This document shows positions 55,084 to 64,000 of a stretch of DNA of 64,000 nucleotides, piece after piece (position 1 is the stretch's first letter; each line of letters opens with the position of its first letter). Under the pieces are notes generated by a model that saw only the letters and a list, made by a program, of their open reading frames with translations, had not been told where the DNA came from and searched no databases. Both the position numbers and the translations under genes were made by a program. This DNA is from Octopus sinensis (Eukaryota): the NCBI RefSeq assembly GCF_006345805.1, contig NC_043012.1, positions 17,794,001 to 17,858,000 of the forward strand, in the 5' to 3' direction.

Positions 55084-55602
55084 CTAGAAAAAAACCACCT
55101 TTTATCAATTCAAAATGAATAATTAAATTACACCACTATCCACATCGCCCTTGTCTGAGCACGTTCTGCGGACCGTGCCTCTACTCACTCCTCTCGCACC
55201 CGCCCGCCATCACCCGTCGCCCTTTCCCCTCACCTACCACCTCACCACCCTACCTCTCCAATGCACCATTCACCGTGCCTTCAGGCGACCCCAGTCCGAC
55301 CCCTCCACTTCGCACATCTTCCATAACCTACCGCTTCCCTCCTTTAAACGAGCCCAGAACCTACGAGACCTTTTGGTCCGCAGCTTCTTCCCTAACCCAA
55401 CCTCCCAACCTGGCCCCTTGCCCCTACTCCCGTCGACGCTGCCTCACTTTACCTTATTTCACCAACACCACCCTTCTCTCAGGCACCCATCATCAACTCC
55501 TTCACCTGCACTTCTAACAACGTCATCTACTGCATGTCCTGCTCTCTATGTCCTTCTCTACACATCGGTCAAACAGGACGCCACTTGGTCGACCGGTTCG
55601 CG
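55083..55602 (+). mobile_element. Penelope-like element fragment: terminal piece, linker and GIY-YIG endonuclease start
   Basis: PLTYHLTTLPLQ..FRRPQSDPSTSHIF..PSFKRAQNLRDLLVRS, YSRRRC, then NSFTCTSNNVIYCMSCSLCPSLHIGQTGRHLVDRFA (VIY..HIG equivalent to GIY..YIG). Frameshifted. Confidence 0.88.
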
Positions 55603-55742
55603 TTACATAGCGGTTCGGAAAAAGATCCTGAGGGAATAAATAAGTACTAGGCTCACAACGAATAAGTCGGAGGGCCGATGTGTTCGTCTAAAGGCAGTGC
55701 TCCAACACGGCCGAAGTCAACTGACTGAAAGAAATAAATGCG
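55603..55742 (+). mobile_element. SINE family A 3' fragment truncating the Penelope piece
   Basis: TAGCGGTTCGGAAAAAGA..AATAAGTACTAGG..GGCAGTGCTCCAACACGGCCGAAGTCAACTGACTGAAA. Confidence 0.7.
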
Positions 55743-56982
55743 CAAAAGAGAATATATGTATTGCCCTCACTTTTCAAATTTCTTATAATTTTCGAGAGAA
55801 AATATTCTTTTTCTTGATAACATGTATGAAAAACATACCATTGGGCTATGAATGACGTCATGGGACCGAGAAAACGTCTTTCTGTGTTGTTCCAGGCCTT
55901 CCGCTACGAATACCGTGTGGTCTACCTGTCTGTCTGTCTATTTATTTGTACACACACACATGCACACGCATATACATACATTAAAGAAAGAGAAGGAAAT
56001 ATTTGGCGCTGGTTTTCATCAACGCCATTAGAAAACATGTTAAAGAAAGCTATTCGTAACGGAATTCAAACTTCGATCTGTGTTTTTCCCATCATCCCAA
56101 AACAATCTATCTCTCACTAAGTTTTACTGCCTTCTCCTCAGAACGATTCGTGTAAATTTATGAAAATATTAATTTGCTCAACATCTAAACACAAAGTTTA
56201 ATGAACAATACCGGAGAACCAATGAATTCAGCGAAACTTACGAAATGTTGGAAGCATCTGAAGAACGTAAAAAGAAAAGAATATCATTTTTAATAACAAC
56301 GTCTAATAAAGAATAAAAGAACAGCGAATTCTAAGAAATATTGAGAACGAGTGGAGATATACTGGAAACGAATTGTTTAACTGGACTAAACTAACAGAAT
56401 TATTGTGAAATGAGGTGTGCAATAAAAGCGTTATCGGAATACAACAGGAAAAGGAAATTCTTCACAATAACATGTAAATTATTGAATGAAAAAGCTAAAT
56501 GGTACCGCTTTTTTGTTCTTTTTTTGTTTTTGGGAATGATTTCACTTAACTGGAAATAATGATGTTTGGTAGTAATGGAAGCTAACAGCCCGCAGATAGA
56601 AAAGAAATGAAGAAGAAAAAAAAACAAAATGTTCTGTGAAATATTTTCCTATCTGAAAGTGAAAATAAATACACCCTCATAAAAGCGATAACATACAAGA
56701 ACGACCTCGAAGGACATGGACAACAGATTATTAGTGTCTGTGAGAAAATAGAAAAGGAGTGAAGTTGGTTGGGGTGGGTGGGTGGATGAGAGAACATGAA
56801 TGATGTTGATGAAGTGGATGATGACAATGATAACAACAACGATGGCGACGTTGTTGTTCATGATGATGATGATGATAGCAAATGACAATGATGCTGACGA
56901 TGGTGGTTAAGATGCAGCTACTAACGAAGATGATGATGGCAATTACAACAACAACTACTACAATAATAATAATAATAAAAAT

Positions 56983-58210
56983 AATCCTTTCTCTTACGGC
57001 ACAAAGCCTTAAAATTTAGGAGTCGTTTACAGTGTTTTACTGGTACTTAATTTACCGAGCCTGTGAGCATGAAAGGCAAAGTCAACCTCGGTGGAATTTG
57101 AACTCATGATGTTTTTTTTTTATAAGCAGGGGGATCCCCTTCGGTCATGAATAACCATGGGATTGCACCTAGAAATTTACCCTCCGAGGCACAAGTCCGG
57201 TGAAGTTGGTTTGTGGAAGGCTAGCAGTTGCCCATGCATTCCAGCCTCCCCACACCATTGATGTTATCCAAGGGAAAGGCAAAGGCCGATACAGCTTGGC
57301 ACGAGTAATGCCGCAGCTCATTTCTGTAGCAACGTGAAATAAAGTGTCTTGCTCAAGAACACAACACGCAACCCAGTCCGGCAATCGAACTCACGACCTC
57401 ACGATCGTAAGTTCGGCGCTCTAACCACTGAGCCATACGCCTTCACTCAGGATGTAGCGCCTGACGAAATACCGCTAAGCATTGCGTCCATCGTGCTAAT
57501 GGTCCTTATTTCTTTATTGTCCACAAGGGGCTAAACATAGAGGGGACAAACAAAACAGACAAAGGTATTGAGTCGATTACATCGACCCTAGTGCGCAACT
57601 GGTACTTAATTTATCGACGCCGAACGGATGAAAAGCGAAGTCGACCTCGGCGCAATTAGAACTCAGAACGTAACTGCAGACGAATTACCGAAGTTTTAAT
57701 AATGACAATAATGATTATTTCCAATTTTTGCTACGAGGAATGGGGGAGCTTCGCGGCGATTGGGATGTGTCGATTACATCGACCCAGTGCGAAACTGGTA
57801 CTTTATTTATCGACCCCGAGAGGATGAAAGGCAAAGTCGACCTCGGCGGAATTTGAACTCAGAACGTAACGGCAGACGAAATACGGCTACGCATTTCGCC
57901 CGGCGTGCCAACGATTCTGCCAGCTCAGTAGTAGTGGTACTAGTAGTAGTAGTAGTAGTAGTAGTAGTAGCTTCAAATTTTGCCACATGGGCAGTTTTGG
58001 GAAGTGAGCCTGAGTCGCATTTTCAATAATAATAATATAATAATAATTTTAAAAAGATAATAATGATAATACTCTAGGCATGGTATCTGATATTTTGGGG
58101 AAAGGCGCTGGTCGATTATATGATGAATTAGAACTCAGAACGTAAAGCTGGAAGAGATGATGGTAAGCGTGTGGTCCGCCTTGCTAACAATTCTTCCAGC
58201 ACGCCGGTAA
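56983..58210 (-). mobile_element. Cluster of co-oriented SINEs (about five family B pieces and one tail-D SINE)
   Basis: Family B motifs at 56983-57110, 57450-57495, 57505-57695, 57765-57927 and 58050-58210. Confidence 0.75.
57120..57447 (-). mobile_element. SINE with head/core 1 and tail D
   Basis: tRNA head GGCGTATGGCTCAGTGGTTAGAGCG..GAGTTCGATTGCC, core GAGCAAGACACTTTATTTCACGTTGC, tail AGGTGCAATCCCATGGTTATTCATGACCGAAGGG. Confidence 0.8.
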
Positions 58211-58551
58211 ATAAAAACGATAACAGCTATAATAAGAAAAATAACAACAACAACAACAACAATAATAATAATATTAAAAATTCTTTTCAATTATGGCGAC
58301 CAAATCTAAACCATGATAAAGGTATGGAAAAATATTCCGAGGAAATAATAGAAATAGACAAGTAGAAACGGTATGAAGAGAAAAAAATAAGGTAATACCA
58401 TTAGGATTAATAATAGCGGAAGAAGAAGAAGAAGAAGAAGAGAAGAAGAAGAAGAAGAAGTGGAAGAAGAAGTGGAAGAAGAAGAAGAAGAAGAAGAAGA
58501 AGAGAAGAAGAAGAGAAGAAGAAGAAGAAGAAGAAGAGAAGAAGAAGAAGT

Positions 58552-58584
<33 letters not shown>

Positions 58585-60610
58585 AGAAGAAGAAATCCTA
58601 CAACAGCAAGGACAAGAACAGAAACAACAGCTGAATGCAACTAAAAACAGGAACAATAAAATAGTACAGGTATTCCGTTACGCATGCGTCAATAAACAGT
58701 GTCTCACATTTTGGTTGTAAAATGCTAAAGAGATGGAATGTATCTTGTCAATACATATGTATGACTGAAGTTTTAAAAAAAAGTCAGTCTTAAGTCTAAG
58801 CAAAGATGCATTCAGACATCTATATAATATATATATGTGTGAGTGTGTGTGTGTATGTATGTATATAACTTTTATAAGTGTCTGTATCTGCCATTTGCAA
58901 AGTTACGGCGATGAAAAGTTTCTTTCATATACAGTGTGAAGACTGAATAGTAGGAACTTTTCTCTCTCTGCTGGTCTCTTATCTTGCTGTAGTTAAACCC
59001 CTGTTAGAGTTATCTTTTAGAGAACGCATGTTAGAAGTACTACTGCAATAAACTACAGACGAATGATGCGTTGGAAAGAGTCGCCATCCCTCTCATGTGT
59101 GCATAAAAAAGAAGAAAAAATAATGAAGAAAAAAGCAAGCGAGAATTAAAAAAAGAAGAAGTGAAAATGTTTTATTTCTAGTTGGATGGTTTCCAGCTTT
59201 ATAGTTGAGTCCACAGCAGAAGAAGAGAAAAAAATCGATGATATTGGAAGATAACCATAATAAGAATTATAATCTTCGTTGTATTCCTGAAAGTAGTGGC
59301 AGGATTAGTTACGGTCTTACTTGTAGCAACAGTAGCAGTTGTAGTTTAGTGTGTATTATACAGACCAAGTCAGAGTGAGAATACAGCGTGTATTTATTAT
59401 TCTTTCTCGCCCAAAGCTGGTCGATTGCAGTTTCAAATTCTGCTGAGGTATTAAACATTGGCTAAATAAAAAATAATCGCATTGTTGATGCTTCAAGTAT
59501 TGTTAATGTTTCAGTAATTCTTAATAAGTTGATTTTATCAATCTGTCCATGGGATAAGAATAAGAATTAAATATTAATCTGAAAATCTACTTAACTGAAA
59601 AATCTCTTTCCATTTACTGTATTCTAGTATTATGAAACCGATAAAATAATAAACAAACTAATGAAAAGTGTCAAGAACAATATGTAAGGTAATAATATAA
59701 TGTCCATGTTTATGGCTATTCTGATTAATTATTCACTGGAATGTTTCGAAATCATTGGTGAATTCAAATAACAAAATCCAAAGATCACCTGAATTAATTC
59801 TTCGAAGCAATTTCGGTTCTTCCATTAAAACCAGATTAATTCATTCAGTATTCCCAACGTGAGGATATACACAGACGAGCGACCTTCTAGAAATATCAGT
59901 GGATATCTTACTCAAATTGTAAAATCATCTCTTAAAATTGAACAGAAAAAGTGATAGTCATGTTTGGAGTGTCTTTTACTATAAATCTCATACATCATAT
60001 TCGAAATCTTGTTTAACAACAACATTGAAGAAATTTATAATCGTAATAAATGTCTATTTACCTCCAGAATAAACATGTCAGCTTCAATACATACATAATT
60101 ATATGAAGAGAAAATCCGCGGGACCGAAGGTCTACAAGATGCTCTCCCGTTGGGTTGGGTTTGAACCATTATTATAGAATGGACAAAAAGATTTTCGACA
60201 TTTTAAAACTTTTTAGTGAGATAGGAAATACAGGACACATGATTGTGTAAAGGGTTCTTCTACTGGTGAGAGAGAGAGAGAGAGAAAGAGGGGGAGAGGG
60301 GAAGAAGATATACACAAAATATAGACGTGCAAAAAAGCTTGAAAATCCGCTAGAGGCAGCGACGGTTCAGGTCGTAGTGTTAGACTAGGTGACAGATTAA
60401 TTCTACAGGATGAGAACAAATATCCGTCTAATGTAAATAATGTACTTTTTTAAGGGTCTACCTATATTGTTGCAACATAGTATAGTTCTAACAAATGTTA
60501 CTATCTGAAACCACATGCACGCACACACACACACATACACTAGCATACAAACATATGTATATTTTACGCACACACGCATGTATATTTTATACACACACAT
60601 ATATGTGTGC

Positions 60611-60643
<33 letters not shown>

Positions 60644-61175
60644 TCTATACACAAGAAGAGAGAGAGAGAGAGAGAGTCTATACACAGGAAGAGAGAGAGA
60701 GAGAGGAGAGGAGAGAGAGTGATACAGAGACTGAATTAGTCAGTTTCTAACTAGACAAAGTTTCTCACAAAACTACATCATATGCCAGAAGTCCACTTGA
60801 GCGATATCGAACACGCAATGGCATATCTAAGAGAAGAAACCAATATCCACGCGCTGTATATCCGTAGTTGTTGAATTATAAAATCCTCTCCATCATATTT
60901 CATGTTTAATATGTGATATGTGATGCAATTATTTCGAAACAGAATCGTTACAATGGGCGTTTTTGCAGGTTGCTGGTCTGGTGATTGAAGGACCGTAGGT
61001 AGTATCACGCCGCTTATTCTTGCTGAGTTTACAGCAAATAAAGTTTATTGTTTTTATAAGCAAAAGTAAAAAAAAAAATAGTAATAATAAAGCGAAAAAG
61101 GAAAAATAAGAATACATACAAATAAATAAAACAATGCACAACCTATTCATATGCTATCTATGCATGTAAATATAT

Positions 61176-61211
<36 letters not shown>

Positions 61212-61234
61212 CATACATACACACACATATATAC

Positions 61235-61265
<31 letters not shown>

Positions 61266-62039
61266 ATACATAGACATACATAATGTCTTTCTCTCTCTCT
61301 ATATATATATACACACGTATACATATATATATGCAATATATATATATATATATACATACATACACACACATATATATATACACATATATATGTACGTATT
61401 TATGTATGTAGACATGCATATTTAAGCAAACATGTACATACTTAAGTACAAATTCATGTGTGTATGATGTATATTTAGGCCTTCTTACGCACGTACACAC
61501 ACATATATGTATATACATCCATACATACACACACATACACACATTTATATATGGAAGAATTGCATAAGTGGGCCCATTTGAAAATAGGAGGGGGTGCTCA
61601 TATTAAAGAAGCAAAACAGTAGACAAAGCTGAGAAGTAGAACAAGAACAACACATCAAAGAAAAACATTAATACAGAAGGGAGAAGTACATTAATATGGT
61701 TTAAACGAACACAAGTAGAAAATGTAGACGAATGAAAAGTTACTGAAAAGCAAAAAAATAAAGCGGAATCAACGGCGGCAACGTTGCTGTTGCTACTGCT
61801 ACCGATAATACTTAGTGGTAGTAGTAGTTTTAGTAGTAGTAGTATTAGTATTAGTAATAGTTGTAGTAATTGTAATAATCGATGCCAATAACAGAAGCAT
61901 TGAATTACAAGAATACGTATTGTGTAGATGTAAATAAGTGTGCGTCAATAACTACGATTTCTAGCCTTAGTTCAAAGTCAGACATTTTGTTTAGTAATCT
62001 GGCGATTGAAGTATATTTCTATCACATCTCTAGCAAAGC

Positions 62040-62250
62040 ATTGAATAGTGGTTTCAAATTCAAACCGAACGTTAGCTATTTCGGGGAGGGATACGTCAAA
62101 TATATCGACTCCAGTATTTAACCGGTAATTATTTTATTGACACCGGAAACACGAGGAGCAAAGCCGACCTCGACGAAATTTGAACTCACAACGCAAAGAG
62201 CCGGAAGAAACGCATTTAAAAATTTTGTCCGACAGATTAACAGTTCTTCT
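62040..62250 (-). mobile_element. SINE family B, degenerate
   Basis: GGTTTCAAATT..GCCGACCTCGACGAAATTTGAACTCACAACG. Confidence 0.65.
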
Positions 62251-62269
62251 AGGTCACCACATTAGTATC

Positions 62270-62852
62270 ATTCTTTCTACTTTAGGCACAAATCCCGAAA
62301 TTTTGAGGGAGGGAGCCAGTCGATTAAATCGACCCCAGTATGCAACTGATACTTAATTTATCGACCCCGAAAGGATGAAAAGCAAAGTCGACCTCGGCGG
62401 AATTTGAACTCAGAACGTAAAGACAGACGAAATACCTATTTCTTTATTATCCACAAGGGGCTAAACATAGAGGGGGCAAACAAGGACAGACATAGGTATT
62501 AAGTCGATTACATCGACCCCAGTGTGTAACTGGTACTTAATTTATCGACCCCGAAAGTGTGAAAGGCCAAGTCGACCTCGGCGTAATTTGAACTCAGAAC
62601 GTAAATACAGACGAAATACCTATTTCTTTATTACCCACAAGGGGCTAAACACAGAGGGGACAAACAAGGACAGCCATAGGTATTAAGTCGATTACATCGA
62701 CCCCAGTGCGTAACTGGTACTTAATTTATCGACCCCGAAAGGATGAAAGGCAAAGTCGACCTCGGCGGAATTTGAACTCGGAACGTAGCGGCAGACGAAA
62801 TACCGCTAAGCATTTTGCTCGGCGTGCTAACGTTTCTGCCAGCACACTGCCT
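62270..62852 (-). mobile_element. SINE family B tandem trimer with 184-bp period
   Basis: GTCGATTA(A/C)ATCGACCCCAGT starts at 62319, 62503 and 62687. Only the last unit carries the full head (to ~62852). Confidence 0.9.
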
Positions 62853-64000
62853 TATCACATTACTATCATTGATTAAAGAAACGTGAAACTGATCCCAATG
62901 TCTTTAGAACTCAATATCTAACGCATATTACAAAATGCTACACGACCGATTGACTCATAAATAATCACAAATATTCACACTTTGATCTGGCCTATAAATG
63001 TATCATCTCATTTCTCTGCTATTATACTGGTCTGTGTTTCTCGAATAGGAGTGGACTCACGACACATCCGTTCAGGCTTCTCTCGATTCATTTGTCTCCT
63101 CTCCCCTAATTACGGAAGTTTGACCTGATTTTGTCGGATCCACAACTACCACTATATCCGATCCTGTCTCTCCGCTAGTGTTATGTCCAGGAATTCTTCA
63201 CATTCAGTATAGTTTAAGCGGGACCTTAACAGTATCAATTTCACTGCTTTCTTAAGGCCTGCAAATACAATCTGTGCTACTCCTTCTTTCAGATTAGGCA
63301 TCTTTTAAAAAAGGAAGGAAAATATATCGTAAATTATTCGTGATATCAACTAATCGAGTAATTCTTTTTCTTCAGTGCTTATCGTACTTAAAAACCGAAT
63401 ATGTTTCCTCTACAATATATAAATTACAATATGAATTTCTGAAACTAAGCATTAAAAAAATAGCGGATAGAGAACATCGGACGCAGCCGAATGGACGTTA
63501 ACGATTTGGCACTAATAACTGGACATTGAACCTGTTTTGATGACAATATGTGTTGGTGCTGGATGTGAACACATAGATGCACGTGAATGCGTGCGCAGAA
63601 ATATACACATGCATATAGGAAATAGAGAGAGAGAGAGAGTTACAAAGAGAGCGAGAGAGTGAGAGAGAGTGGAGGAGGAGGAGTAGAGTGAGAAAGCATT
63701 AAAACAAGAGGAAAATTAAAAAGCCTGAAGTCAAATAAGTCAGCGCCGAAGTAGCAACTACAGCAGCTGTGCTAACATGTCCCATACCAAAGAGATATAT
63801 TTAGGGGTAGAAATATATATTAATAGTCTAACTATAATTCTTCATATTTAGTTAACCACCAAATATGAAGTGGAACATCAAACCCTTATGATCTTAATTC
63901 GTAGGTGAAAATGATGGTATAAATTGTCGCGATGGCATTTTATACGGTATTCTAAGATTTTTCCCTCTACAATTTTAACATACATAACAGGTTTCAGTTA

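Overview
AT-rich, microsatellite-saturated metazoan DNA with no host protein-coding gene that I can support. Most six-frame ORFs are translated simple repeats. The repeat families (tRNA-derived SINEs with tails such as CAGCATGGCCGCAGTCAAATGACTGAAACAAGTAAAAGA, plus RTE-, Penelope- and R4/Dong-type retroelements) match my memory of Octopus repeats, so a cephalopod intergenic or intronic window is inferred, not proven. Recognisable content: a Helitron helicase fragment, two near-complete decayed mariner transposases, decayed Penelope-like elements (RT and GIY-YIG pieces plus many terminal fragments), a long decayed R4/Dong-type LINE and several R4/Dong 3' ends sitting in (TAA)n arrays, about 30 SINE copies, an RTE-like 3' end with internal ~65-bp repeats, and a pogo/Tigger-like MITE. 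The most interesting signals are six minimal hammerhead-ribozyme-like motifs in Penelope terminal fragments (two more or less in a 94-bp-arm hairpin), apparent partitioning of microsatellite targets between retroelement classes, and head/tail shuffling among SINEs. None is a demonstrated new system. Coordinates of decayed elements are approximate and were read by eye.
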